Below are positions 14,883 through 25,180 of a stretch of DNA of 64,000 nucleotides, piece after piece. A program made the position numbers and the translations under genes. The DNA lies in the IMG/VR virus record IMGVR_UViG_3300026549_000076, positions 5,444-69,443 of that record; one strand, 5' to 3'. The DNA is from a virus (taxonomy: Duplodnaviria; Caudoviricetes). Position 1 is the stretch's first letter; every line of letters begins with the position of its first letter. The notes under the pieces were generated by a model. That model worked only from the letters and a program-made list of their open reading frames with translations, was not told the DNA's origin and did not search any database.

Positions 14883-17684
14883 TTAACTATTACTTAGAAT
14901 ATCCACAACAGTTGTTCTATCCCAATGAGTAGAATCCCACGATTCAGCTGTTGAAATAGTAGTATTACATTTATAAAGTAAACCTAAATAAACAACATAA
15001 TCCCCTACATCATAAGTTGAAGATGAAGAATAAATAGGTGCAATATTAGCCATAAGATCATCAACATACTTCTTAGGAGTAAATTGATTATCTGTAGTAG
15101 GTAAACCAGAAAAACGTCCTATTACTGGATAGTCCCCAAAGGTCTTAACTCCTCCTATAGACTGTGCACCAGTAAGATTAACAAAGCGATTTTCAAAATA
15201 AGTAGTTGAATTCTGTGCTAGATGATATACATAAGTAGTACTATAAGTCAATCTAGTAACATAAGAAATAACTGACTCAGTATTTCCAACACCTAAACAA
15301 TAATAATACGCAAGAACATCTCCAGAAGAATAAGTATTAGACTCATAAGGTTCTATATCCTCAGGTACAATTAAAATTCTAGGAGTATTCATAGTTACAA
15401 ATTTACCTGAATTACTACTTCCATAACTAATATAAGTACCTACATTAGAAGAAAGAGGATTGAAAACATAAAGTCCTTTACTTAAACCAGATAAATCAAA
15501 AGGTGTATACTCTGAATCATGTGTAGTACTAATATAAAAAACTTCATCAGTACCCCCAGCATTATCATCTACATACTTCTTATTAACTAATTGATTATCT
15601 GTTGTCGGAACTATAGATGATTCTGGTAAAACATAAAAGTTTTTTACTCCGTATATAGTTTGTTTATCATATAAAGTAACTGCTGATGATATAGCTCCTA
15701 AATTATAATCATCAATAACACCATAAACATTATTTTGTGCTACACCAATATAAATATAATTACGATTACGTGAAGAAGTAAGAGGATCTCTACCCATTAG
15801 ATAAAAAGGTCTACTATTAGATGATTCATGTCCTACAAATAGAAATGCTCCATAAGAAGATGTTGTGACATACCCACCAGACTTATAATACAAATTAACA
15901 CCTGATTCTACATCATAAATACCCTCTTCTAATTCCCAAATATTTGTAGCTGTAGTAATACTAGGAAGTTCTCCAGTGATACTAATATCCCCAGATCCTA
16001 AGATTGATTCATTATTAATTGTTTTAATATTTGAACCACTAACTAATAAGTCTTGTTTAGAAACTAAACTATCATCAACATATTTCTTATTAACCAACTG
16101 ATTATTCGTTGTTGGAACCACAGAAGATTCTGGTAAAGTAGAGAAAGTCTTTTTACTTGATATAGTTTGATTATCATATAAAGTAACAGCTGATGATATA
16201 GCGTCTAAATTATAAGAGTAAATTATTCCATAAACATTATTTTGTGCTACACCAACATAAATATAATCATTATTCCTAGAAGAAGTAAGAGGATCTCTAC
16301 CCATTAGATAAAAAGGTCTTCTATTAGACGACTCATGTCCTACAAATAGAAATGCTCCATAAGAAGATGTTGTGACATAACCAGAAGATTTATAATATAA
16401 ATTAACACTAGGTCCAACATCATAAATACCTTCTTCTAACTCCCAAATATTTGTAGCTGTAGTAATACTAGGAAGTTTTCCTGTAATACTAATATCTCCT
16501 GATCCTAAAATTGACTCATTATTGATTGTTTTAACATTAGAACCACTCACCAATATATCTTGTTTAGAAACTAAACTATCATCAACGTATTTTTTATTTA
16601 CTAATTGCTTATTTGTAGTTGGAACTACAGAAGATTCTGGTAAAGTAGAGAAAGTTTTCTTACCTGAAATTGTTTGAGCTGTATCTTTAGACACATAGGT
16701 TCTAGCAGAATAAGAAGTTATATTTAAACCTGTATTATATAATCCTGGATTTTGTCTAGCAACAGTAACAGGATAATCAGTATATCTATCATTAACAGTT
16801 GAATATTTAACATAATACGCTAATACTGTATCATCAGCTACATCTTCAGGTATATCATTTAAAATGGCAATATAGTGTGCTAAACCCAAAGGCTCAGATA
16901 TTACATGAGTAGTTTCATCAAAAGTATAATAAACTGAAGAAATGGATCTATTAAAAAAGTATAAGCCTTTCTTCTTACCACAAAAATAAAATGGATTAGA
17001 TGAACTATTAGTATCAATATAATATATTGGTGCATCATATAAAATACTAATATCTCCTGTTCCTAAAATACTTTCATTATTAACAGTTTTAATATTAACT
17101 CCTGAAACTAGAGCATCTTGTTTAGCATTCCAAGTATTCTTCTCTGTAGAAGAAACAAACTTATTAACTTGATTAGTATCATCTACTAAATCACTTGCAA
17201 GTTTATTACTAGAAGTAATTTCTGTCTGCAAACCTGAAATTAAATCCCCTACAGGAATATCTATAGTACTACCACTCTGTAAAGTTAAAACAATCTTCTT
17301 ATTAGTATTATCATACTCACCATTAACAACCACAGACTCTAAAGGTAAATCTATAGAATCTGAACTAATAACTGTACCAGAACTATTCTTCAAAGACAAA
17401 GTAACAACATAAGTAGTTGAATTGATATCTAAATCTATAAAAGAACCTGCATCCACAGCTAAAGTATAATGAGTTAAATCATTAACATCCTTATTAATAA
17501 AACCAGAATCATTAATTAAATCTGAAGTCTTAGTAGGTGAAGAAATTTGGATATCACCTGAACCTAAAATACTTTCATTATTAATAGTCTTAATATTAGT
17601 TCCAGAAATAAGCTTAGATTGAAAAATTTCACCTAACTTATTTTTAAATCTTCTTAACCCAGAAAAATCTAAATACTTTGCCAT
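14883..17684 (-). CDS. Tail fibre/receptor-binding protein, modular
   Basis: Four KT(I/V)NNESILG(S/T)GDI repeats and four PTT..KKYVDD linkers. C-terminal YSSSSTYDVGDYVVY..YKC...W resembles a chitin/carbohydrate-binding module. Confidence 0.8.
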   Translation of the reverse strand: MAKYLDFSGLRRFKNKLGEIFQSKLISGTNIKTINNESILGSGDIQISSPTKTSDLINDSGFINKDVNDLTHYTLAVDAGSFIDLDINSTTYVVTLSLKNSSGTVISSDSIDLPLESVVVNGEYDNTNKKIVLTLQSGSTIDIPVGDLISGLQTEITSSNKLASDLVDDTNQVNKFVSSTEKNTWNAKQDALVSGVNIKTVNNESILGTGDISILYDAPIYYIDTNSSSNPFYFCGKKKGLYFFNRSISSVYYTFDETTHVISEPLGLAHYIAILNDIPEDVADDTVLAYYVKYSTVNDRYTDYPVTVARQNPGLYNTGLNITSYSARTYVSKDTAQTISGKKTFSTLPESSVVPTTNKQLVNKKYVDDSLVSKQDILVSGSNVKTINNESILGSGDISITGKLPSITTATNIWELEEGIYDVGPSVNLYYKSSGYVTTSSYGAFLFVGHESSNRRPFYLMGRDPLTSSRNNDYIYVGVAQNNVYGIIYSYNLDAISSAVTLYDNQTISSKKTFSTLPESSVVPTTNNQLVNKKYVDDSLVSKQDLLVSGSNIKTINNESILGSGDISITGELPSITTATNIWELEEGIYDVESGVNLYYKSGGYVTTSSYGAFLFVGHESSNSRPFYLMGRDPLTSSRNRNYIYIGVAQNNVYGVIDDYNLGAISSAVTLYDKQTIYGVKNFYVLPESSIVPTTDNQLVNKKYVDDNAGGTDEVFYISTTHDSEYTPFDLSGLSKGLYVFNPLSSNVGTYISYGSSNSGKFVTMNTPRILIVPEDIEPYESNTYSSGDVLAYYYCLGVGNTESVISYVTRLTYSTTYVYHLAQNSTTYFENRFVNLTGAQSIGGVKTFGDYPVIGRFSGLPTTDNQFTPKKYVDDLMANIAPIYSSSSTYDVGDYVVYLGLLYKCNTTISTAESWDSTHWDRTTVVDILSNS
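15570..16650 (-). repeat. Tandem duplication with 507-bp (169-aa) period inside the tail fibre
   Basis: ATAAAGTAAC at 15671 and 16178 anchors the offset. The two modules are near-identical in protein sequence. Boundaries are approximate. Confidence 0.9.
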
Positions 17685-17696
17685 ATAATCACCTTC

Positions 17697-18530
17697 CTAT
17701 ATAAATAAAGAATCTATCTCATCATTAGTAATTCTATCCATAGCATCTTGCAAACCTAAAGCAGATGAAGTTCTATTACCAATTAAAGAAACACCATTAA
17801 TCTGAGGTTTATGCATAAGTTCATTATAATCAGAAGCTGAACCATCAAAAACAATTTCCTCACCATTAATATAAATTATCAATCTATCATCATATAATCT
17901 TACATAAGTATCCTCCGTACTACGAAGTTCTACAAACCTAACCTGATCCTCAGTAACTGAATCTGTTGCAGAAATAAGTTTAAGTGCTTGTCCATGAGAA
18001 TCTTTAAGAATCACCTTATTAGTTAAATCATTACTATCAAAATAAAGAATTGCACCTGTAGGTGATTTATACACAATAGCTTGAGTACCTGTATACTCAC
18101 TAGGAATATCATCCTCAGTAACTTCCTTAGGAATACCCCCATTAATATCCCAACCATAAAACTGAGATTTACCTTCTGCAAACTTAGTAGGAATACCTCC
18201 AAAATAAATTGGTCGATGTTCATCAGAATACTCAAAAGTAACCCAAACAAGTGAACCAATAGGTGGAAGTATAAACTGTCCAACCTGATTACCTAAACCT
18301 ACACTAACAGCAGGATACGCATAAGGTAAAACAGCATCTACAAGATTAGAATGTAACGCAGGAATTCTAATCTGAATCCTACCAAGATTAAGTGGATCAC
18401 TCGTAGAAACAACATAGGCTCTATAAAATGAGTTATAATCAAAATCATTCTCTGAAGTCTTAACATCAGTATTTTCACTTAAAAACTGATTAAAAATTGT
18501 ATCATTAGAACTAGAAAACAATAAAATCAA
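17697..18530 (-). CDS. Baseplate spike, gp5/gpV-like OB-fold protein
   Basis: YRAYVVSTSDPLNLGRIQIRIP, and LPPIGSLVWVTFEYSDEHRPIYFG. Confidence 0.85.
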   Translation of the reverse strand: MILLFSSSNDTIFNQFLSENTDVKTSENDFDYNSFYRAYVVSTSDPLNLGRIQIRIPALHSNLVDAVLPYAYPAVSVGLGNQVGQFILPPIGSLVWVTFEYSDEHRPIYFGGIPTKFAEGKSQFYGWDINGGIPKEVTEDDIPSEYTGTQAIVYKSPTGAILYFDSNDLTNKVILKDSHGQALKLISATDSVTEDQVRFVELRSTEDTYVRLYDDRLIIYINGEEIVFDGSASDYNELMHKPQINGVSLIGNRTSSALGLQDAMDRITNDEIDSLFI

Positions 18531-21106
18531 CTCCTCTCAAGTATACCTCTACCAAGTAACCAATAACTTCCTGCACTCTCAGGTTTACTTCCTTTATAAT
18601 AGAAATATCTAACAGTATATTTACTAGAACTACCATTAACACAAAATGCTGAATAACCAGAAGGAGCTTTAAGATTCTTAGTTTCTAAAAGCTTACCAGT
18701 ATTCTTCTTCCAAGTAAGATACATTCCTCCATAAAAAGGAATCCAAAACTTAGTTATTGATTCTAGATTATCTGGATCAGTTCCCTTACCATAAATATCT
18801 GGATACACTTCTACATAACCCTTAGGAGGTTTAATACTTCCTCCACCATTATTAATTACATCTGCTACAAACTTCTGAGTTTCCTTAGACTTATCTGTAA
18901 TCAAAGAGTTTAAATCTAGATACTTATTCAAATCTGGTACAAACAATTTACTTGTACCATTAGAGTAAACTAAATATTTACCTTTATATTTAGCTCCATT
19001 AACTAAACCATAACCTTTAGGTAATTTACCTGAAACAACATTATCATCCTCTTTAAAATTAAGATTGGCAGTTATCGGTAAAACCTTAGAAGTCCTCCAA
19101 TTAATAGTAGACATCTCCTCAACACTACTCTTAAAGTCACTTGTATATTTAAGAAGATTAAGTGTCTGAACGAATCCAGATCCAGAAATTTCATCTGACT
19201 GAGATTGAATCATATAAACACCTGAAGAAAAGTGTTCTGTAGGATACATATTATCAGAACTCTTAATCATATTAACTACCTTAATTAAACTTGCAGGTTT
19301 AAGTCTTACATCTCCCCAAAGAGTCATTGAAGCCTTAATCATAAAGTTTCTAATCTTACTTTTAGAATTTTCAAGTCGTCCTTTAATTTCAGTAACAGAA
19401 GAAACAGATGAAACAGCTAAAGAAGAAACTAATTTCTCTGAATAAAAATCATTATTAATCAATAACTGTGGACTTGTAAGTGTGAATGGCTCATCCTTAG
19501 TTGCATAAGGATTTGAATCTCCTGATAAAGTTACACTAGATTTAGTTCCTGACGCAGTTACTTTAAAACCTGAAGATTGCGCCTCATCAAAAGAATAACC
19601 AAAGAAACTTGCTAAACCTTCATTAAATCCTGCAACTTTATTATACTCATTAATCTGTGCTTCAGAAGATGTAGAAACCTCTTCATATTCTTCACCAGTA
19701 ACAATATTAGTAGCACTTAACTTAAGTGGTTGAACCGTATAGAACACAGTTCCCTTAGTATCTATTTGAAAAGATAACACTGGTGAATTCGGTATATTAT
19801 ATCCTAATAATAAACTAGATGTAATGTCATTATAATAAGAAGAATTTAAAGGTTCATAATAAAACTTACCATCTCTAAAGTATGGATGGAAACCACCTAC
19901 ACCAGATGGAATTACAACATCTTCACCTTTACTATTCTTTACTAAACCAATAGGTAAAATAGAAACAGGAACTAAATTATTTAAAATAAAGTCTAACGCT
20001 GTTTGATTATGCATCTTGAAAGTATCTCCACAAGCAACAGTATCAGTATCCACTATATTACCTATCTCCCAACCTTCAAGAATAGCAAGTTGTCTAATAA
20101 TATCTGATGGTGAAACTCCATTAGTATTATATAAAAGAGTTCCTGCACCTGCATACTTCTTCTCTAAATTAACCTCAATATAAGCCCCCTCTTGTGAAAG
20201 AAAACCTACAATACGATCTGGATGTTTCTTAGTACAAATATAATAAACCTTATTACCTGTAAGCTTATCCTCAGGAACCTTAACCCATTTATGAGAATTG
20301 TAATTATAGTATTTATAAATTAAATCCTTTTCACCATAGAATCTATAAACAGCTTGTTTCTTGATATCAACTTCAGTACCCGCATCTTTATCCGAACCTG
20401 AAATAACAGTACTATTTGAAGTAACAAAAGAAGTAGGAACTGGAAGTTTAATCGTACCAACTGGTCCATGAACAGGAATAAAAGTAGTATTAAAAGTAAA
20501 AAGTGAATGAAAGAAGCTATCCAAAATATCTGAAGATTGAACTTCTCCTACTGCTGAACCTTCATAAGTACCATAAACAGCAAACATCCCACCAGAATAC
20601 TCTACCTGCAACTCACCTGTCTTAGAAGTCTTTTCTTTAAAAGTAGCATACTTCTTAGATAAACCATTTGATCTATCTAACTGACGTAATGCATTCCAAA
20701 TCTTAGTGTTATCTGCTCTTAAATTATAATAGTTATTCCAATCAATATTATAACTATAACTAGAACCAGAAACATTCTGAATATAAACTGCTGGAGTTAC
20801 ATAACCTGAAATCTCAAGTTTCTTTATATTAGCAACAAAAGTAACTCTATAATCCCAAATAGTTCCATTAAAAGCTTCAAGATTATTAATATCATCACCA
20901 TATCTAAAAGAAATTGTTCTACCTCCAGAACACATATATAATTCAATATCTGTGAAAAGAGAATTAACTGCAGGTGAATCCACTAAAGACATAGAAAACT
21001 TATTAGATACATCTGAGAAATTTCTATCAACTTTTAAACTATCAATAGAATCATTAGAAATGTCTATCCCACCAATTGTACATTTGATAATAATAGCCTT
21101 CGCCAA
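18527..21106 (-). CDS. Baseplate hub protein (gp27/gpD-like) with C-terminal extension
   Basis: Position between spike and tube-initiator-like genes. ASMTLWGDVRLKPASLIKV..GVYMIQSQSDEISGSGFVQTLNL. TTG start with GGAGG RBS. Confidence 0.6.
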   Translation of the reverse strand: MAKAIIIKCTIGGIDISNDSIDSLKVDRNFSDVSNKFSMSLVDSPAVNSLFTDIELYMCSGGRTISFRYGDDINNLEAFNGTIWDYRVTFVANIKKLEISGYVTPAVYIQNVSGSSYSYNIDWNNYYNLRADNTKIWNALRQLDRSNGLSKKYATFKEKTSKTGELQVEYSGGMFAVYGTYEGSAVGEVQSSDILDSFFHSLFTFNTTFIPVHGPVGTIKLPVPTSFVTSNSTVISGSDKDAGTEVDIKKQAVYRFYGEKDLIYKYYNYNSHKWVKVPEDKLTGNKVYYICTKKHPDRIVGFLSQEGAYIEVNLEKKYAGAGTLLYNTNGVSPSDIIRQLAILEGWEIGNIVDTDTVACGDTFKMHNQTALDFILNNLVPVSILPIGLVKNSKGEDVVIPSGVGGFHPYFRDGKFYYEPLNSSYYNDITSSLLLGYNIPNSPVLSFQIDTKGTVFYTVQPLKLSATNIVTGEEYEEVSTSSEAQINEYNKVAGFNEGLASFFGYSFDEAQSSGFKVTASGTKSSVTLSGDSNPYATKDEPFTLTSPQLLINNDFYSEKLVSSLAVSSVSSVTEIKGRLENSKSKIRNFMIKASMTLWGDVRLKPASLIKVVNMIKSSDNMYPTEHFSSGVYMIQSQSDEISGSGFVQTLNLLKYTSDFKSSVEEMSTINWRTSKVLPITANLNFKEDDNVVSGKLPKGYGLVNGAKYKGKYLVYSNGTSKLFVPDLNKYLDLNSLITDKSKETQKFVADVINNGGGSIKPPKGYVEVYPDIYGKGTDPDNLESITKFWIPFYGGMYLTWKKNTGKLLETKNLKAPSGYSAFCVNGSSSKYTVRYFYYKGSKPESAGSYWLLGRGILERS

Positions 21107-21125
21107 AAGAAACACCTCCAAACCA

Positions 21126-21153
21126 CATTTAAATCAATTCTAAGACACTTTCT
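21126..21153. repeat. Dispersed 28-bp intergenic repeat, copy 1, next to an inverted repeat
   Basis: CATTTAAATCAATTCTAAGACACTTTCT matches 58397-58424 at 27 of 28 positions. Confidence 0.85.
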
Positions 21154-21220
21154 ACTCAAGAAGTACAAATACCCAAGAAAGTGAATTAAAGAAATAATAG
21201 AACACTAAGATTAAGTATTT

Positions 21221-21913
21221 CTACCTAATCTTAGTGAAAGAACATTGTATATCTGCTTTAACAAAAGAATTAACATTATAAAGAGTATCATAACTAATGC
21301 TAACAGACTCACAAACACATTTAACTGAAATATCCGCAAATGTAAGAATAACATATGGAGACTTAACCAAACTATCTGAATAACCTGGTTTAACAATTTC
21401 CTTAACAGCATCTATATATTCTCTTAATGAACTAAATTCACTTGGTAAATAATCTGCTAAAGCAACAAAGCTAAATGGGAAAGTTTCCTCTCCTGTAGAA
21501 TTGAATGCTACTATAGGACTAGAAGAACCCACAGGACTTTCCTTAACATAAGAAGCAGATAGATTATTGGAAATAGTTGTACTAAACAAAATTGGAATTT
21601 CTCTTATCTTATCTGAACCTCTAAACAAAGTAATACTTCCAGTTAAATATTCTGGAGGAGCAGATATAGTAGATAAGTTTCTACCTCTACTAGTAGTAAA
21701 TCTCTTAGTTGGTAAATAATTCTTATTAACTGTAACCTTACCTCCATTATTCAAATAAGGATCTGTAATAGTCTGTGCTGTATTATCCCAAGAAATATTA
21801 AAAGTATTAGTATTCAAATCAAAATCAAATGAATTACTAAAACTATTAACTATCTTATTAGAATCATTAAGTTGATCTATTAAACTTTGATTAATTGAAT
21901 TAGTATTAGGCAT
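21221..21913 (-). CDS. Putative tail-tube initiator/baseplate tube-like protein
   Basis: Follows the tape measure gene. C-terminal PYVILTFADISVKCVCESVSISY..KADIQCSF is typical of tube-fold proteins. Confidence 0.5.
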   Translation of the reverse strand: MPNTNSINQSLIDQLNDSNKIVNSFSNSFDFDLNTNTFNISWDNTAQTITDPYLNNGGKVTVNKNYLPTKRFTTSRGRNLSTISAPPEYLTGSITLFRGSDKIREIPILFSTTISNNLSASYVKESPVGSSSPIVAFNSTGEETFPFSFVALADYLPSEFSSLREYIDAVKEIVKPGYSDSLVKSPYVILTFADISVKCVCESVSISYDTLYNVNSFVKADIQCSFTKIR

Positions 21914-21927
21914 AAAGTCACCTCCAA

Positions 21928-24900
21928 TTAACTCATCCTAGGTTGTGTATTGTATGTATTTGTAATAGCTCTCATTAACTTCTCATTAGCAGTTGCTTGG
22001 TTACTCAATCCAACAATAGTGTTCTTTAAATCCACAATTGAATTAATAATACCTGTAGAACCATGTGGAGAACCAAAAGTAGCCAACTTAATATTAGCTG
22101 TCTTCTTATTAATAGAAGCAAGTAAAGAAGATGTAGATACTGAACTTGAAGAATTACTTGCATCTAAACCATCATAATCTGGATTATACGGTGCAGCTGA
22201 ACTAGAGAAAATCGCATTAGTAGCAAATGACTCTGGATTAACTGAATTAGATAAAAATGCACTATAACCATCTGAATATCTTGATCTAGTAACTTGATAA
22301 TGTAAATGTGGTCCAGTAGAATTTCCTGTAGAACCTACATAACCAACTAAATCACCCTGCTTAACAGATTCTCCTACCTTACGAGTAGATGGAGCAATCA
22401 TGTGCCAATAATAATGAATATAACCATCTGAACCTTTAACACCAACAAAATTAGCACCAGCAGGATCCTTCCCAACATCAACAACAGTACCCGTAACATT
22501 TGAATATAAAGGAGCTCCATTAATATTTCCTCCAGAGAAATCAACACCATAATGCCATCCATCAAATGAACGAGAACCATAAGGTGAAGAAACACCAAAC
22601 TTCAAACCCCTAGTTCCACCAATACCTACAGGACCTCCCATAGCTCTTGCTGGACTACCAGCAGAACCCTTAGCTTTAGAACTATATGGTATTGTAGAAA
22701 CTGTAGTTCTACCAACTTCTCTAATAGATAAAGCATTGGCAGACTTGGCTGTATTAGTAACAACCTTATCTAACTTCTTATTAGTTTCCCTCTGCTCATC
22801 AGTAGTCTTCTTCATCGTACCACCAATACCTGCAGCAATAGAACCAACACCTGCACCAATAAGACCTCCTACAAGAGTACCAGCTCCTGGACCTCCGATT
22901 AAAGTACCTATTCCAGCTCCAACTAAACCCCACTTACCTGCGTTAGCAAGGTTAGATTTAAGCATATCAGAATTAGACTGTCCACTATGTGCAGAACCCA
23001 AGAAAAACTGTCTAACTGCACCTTTAGCACCTCCAGTTTGATATCCTTGATATGCATCATACCCAGCTAAACCTAATCCTGCAAGTGGTAAAGCCACAGT
23101 AGCTAAACCTGCAGCACTAGCACCTAAAGTAGATGTAGCACCTTCAGCAAGTCCTATCTTAGTAAATAAACCTGCACTAGTAACTGCACCAGTAGCAGAT
23201 GTACCTACCTTACCAAACAACTTACCAAATACACCTAACTTACCTTCAATTGCTACTAAACCTGCTATAATAGCAGTAGTATTAGCAATAAAGTTAAGTT
23301 TATTCATAAGAGAATTTAATCCCTTCCAATTACCATTCTTATCTATAAAATTACTTATTCTATTAAGAATCTTTTCTTCAGTAGTCATATTATTCTTTTT
23401 GATATCCTTAAGTTCTTCCTCAATAGCTGCTCCATCTAAACCTTTAAACTTCTTAATTAAATCACCAGTTAACTTACCTTCTTGTTGAAGTCTAGTAACT
23501 TGATTAATAAAGTTGACAGTAGAACTATCCATACCTTGAGTAAGTTCATCTTGATGTGCTATTGCAAAATCTCTATTAGAAGTCATTAACTTATAATAGT
23601 TACCTGCTCTACCTCTACCAGAAGCAAGTAAATCTAAATAATTACCTCCATTACTTAAGAATGTTTTAAACTGACCTGAAGTCATTCCTAACATCTCTGC
23701 AGATAAATCTGTACTATTAGCAAAAGCTGTCATACTCTGAGTATATAAACCTGCTAACTCAGTACCACCAGAAGCTTTAGTAAGAGCTCCATTAATCGCT
23801 GCAGTCATTGAATCAAATGCATCACCAGAAACACCTAAGTCTGCCATCTGAGAAGCAAAATTAGTATTAATACTAACTAACTGATTAAGTTGTTCCTTAG
23901 AAACATTAGTAATTTCTTTAATATACTTAGCAAAAGTATTAGTTCCTAAAGTCAACTCATCTCTTCCTGTCTTATTAGATAATTGCATTAAAGCAGTTTG
24001 AGTCTCTGCTGACATACCAAGAAGTTGTTGACCTTCTAATATCTTATCAAAATACTTAACAATATCCTCTTGATTCTTAATTCCCATAGAATTAAGAGAT
24101 TGCATTGTTTGAAGAACTTGTTCAGAACTATATAAAGAATTATCAAATGAACCATAAACATTTCTCTTAAGAGAATTAAATTGTCTATCACTTAAACTAT
24201 ATCGTTGTTGTAATTGAGTTTGAACTTGCATCTGAGTAGATGGTCCAATACCATTAGATAACTTCTCCAAACTCAACATTGATTTAATACCTGTAATTGT
24301 TGAACTTAAAGTAGTAGAAAAAGAAGATAAACGCTTATCAAAATCTCCTGCAGCTTTAGTAGAATCCTTAATTCCTTTTTCAATATTTTTAAATTCTAAA
24401 TTAAAAGATTTACTACCATCTTTAACCTCAGAATAAAGAACCTTAAGATTAGCTCTTAAATCAGAAACAGAATCATTCTGTCCATAAGTTGCAGTAGTAA
24501 GAGCATCTATTGCATCAGAACTTTCTTGATATGCAAGAGAAACCTTCTTATATAAATCAATTAACTGATCATCTGAAATACTCTGATCTTCTACCGCTTT
24601 ATTGTACTCATTAGTTGCCCTAGTAAGAGTTAATATATCCTCCTTAGCTTTCTTAAATAAAAGAGAATTAGAAAAGGCTTCCTTATACCCCTTACCAGCA
24701 TCAGAAATCTTCTTAATCATTTCATCTAAAGCTTTATTAGAATCATTAGTATAAGAAGTCATATTCTTCATTATAGAAGATAACTCTTTATCTATACCTT
24801 GAACTATTTGCTTATATGCCTTACCACCTTCAATCGCAGCTCTAACTGAACTATCATCAGTAAATCCTGTAGAACCTACATCAATTGAACCTAAAGTATC

Positions 24901-24930
24901 TGAATTAATTACATTAGATTTATTTGGCAT
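21928..24930 (-). CDS. Tape measure protein with C-terminal M23 peptidase
   Basis: Long helical Ala/Ser/Leu-rich region, Gly-zipper segment, then WHYGVDF...YYWHM...GSTGNSTGPHLHY. Start set at MPNK (RBS GGGAGG). Confidence 0.88.
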   Translation of the reverse strand: MPNKSNVINSDTLGSIDVGSTGFTDDSSVRAAIEGGKAYKQIVQGIDKELSSIMKNMTSYTNDSNKALDEMIKKISDAGKGYKEAFSNSLLFKKAKEDILTLTRATNEYNKAVEDQSISDDQLIDLYKKVSLAYQESSDAIDALTTATYGQNDSVSDLRANLKVLYSEVKDGSKSFNLEFKNIEKGIKDSTKAAGDFDKRLSSFSTTLSSTITGIKSMLSLEKLSNGIGPSTQMQVQTQLQQRYSLSDRQFNSLKRNVYGSFDNSLYSSEQVLQTMQSLNSMGIKNQEDIVKYFDKILEGQQLLGMSAETQTALMQLSNKTGRDELTLGTNTFAKYIKEITNVSKEQLNQLVSINTNFASQMADLGVSGDAFDSMTAAINGALTKASGGTELAGLYTQSMTAFANSTDLSAEMLGMTSGQFKTFLSNGGNYLDLLASGRGRAGNYYKLMTSNRDFAIAHQDELTQGMDSSTVNFINQVTRLQQEGKLTGDLIKKFKGLDGAAIEEELKDIKKNNMTTEEKILNRISNFIDKNGNWKGLNSLMNKLNFIANTTAIIAGLVAIEGKLGVFGKLFGKVGTSATGAVTSAGLFTKIGLAEGATSTLGASAAGLATVALPLAGLGLAGYDAYQGYQTGGAKGAVRQFFLGSAHSGQSNSDMLKSNLANAGKWGLVGAGIGTLIGGPGAGTLVGGLIGAGVGSIAAGIGGTMKKTTDEQRETNKKLDKVVTNTAKSANALSIREVGRTTVSTIPYSSKAKGSAGSPARAMGGPVGIGGTRGLKFGVSSPYGSRSFDGWHYGVDFSGGNINGAPLYSNVTGTVVDVGKDPAGANFVGVKGSDGYIHYYWHMIAPSTRKVGESVKQGDLVGYVGSTGNSTGPHLHYQVTRSRYSDGYSAFLSNSVNPESFATNAIFSSSAAPYNPDYDGLDASNSSSSVSTSSLLASINKKTANIKLATFGSPHGSTGIINSIVDLKNTIVGLSNQATANEKLMRAITNTYNTQPRMS

Positions 24931-24943
24931 GGTAACAACCTCC

Positions 24944-25180
24944 CTAATTTCCATTTATATTTTTATTCTTCTCTTCTATAAAATCACCTAAAACTTCTGA
25001 CATAAAAACCAATTCTGCAGGTGATATCATATCAGTATATTCCATAGATACATGATTATCTGCAAAATAGAATTGAAGTCTCAGTAAATCTCTATAACTT
25101 TCATAACAATATTTATCATAAACTTTTCTATCTTTCTCAGATAGCTTAATCCCATAATGTAAACTATACGAGACGAAAAA
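24944..25180 (-). CDS. Startless reading frame (78 codons): probable frameshift extension of the tail assembly chaperone (GT-like)
   Basis: +1 frame is open from the TTT-TTT-C run to a TAG overlapping the tape measure RBS: FFVSYSLHYGIKLSEKDRKVYDKYCYESYRDLLRLQFYFADNHVSMEYTDMISPAELVFMSEVLGDFIEEKNKNINGN. No start codon with an RBS was seen. Confidence 0.7.
   Translation of the reverse strand, partial: FFVSYSLHYGIKLSEKDRKVYDKYCYESYRDLLRLQFYFADNHVSMEYTDMISPAELVFMSEVLGDFIEEKNKNINGN

Noticed and set aside
15570-16650. Tail-fibre duplicate as a diversity-generating retroelement template/variable pair
   Set aside because: Both copies are in-frame coding, many differences are synonymous and not adenine-specific, and there is no reverse transcriptase in the window.
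24931-24954. MEIREVVT as the tape measure N-terminus
   Set aside because: This stretch contains the GGGAGG RBS for the downstream MPNK start.
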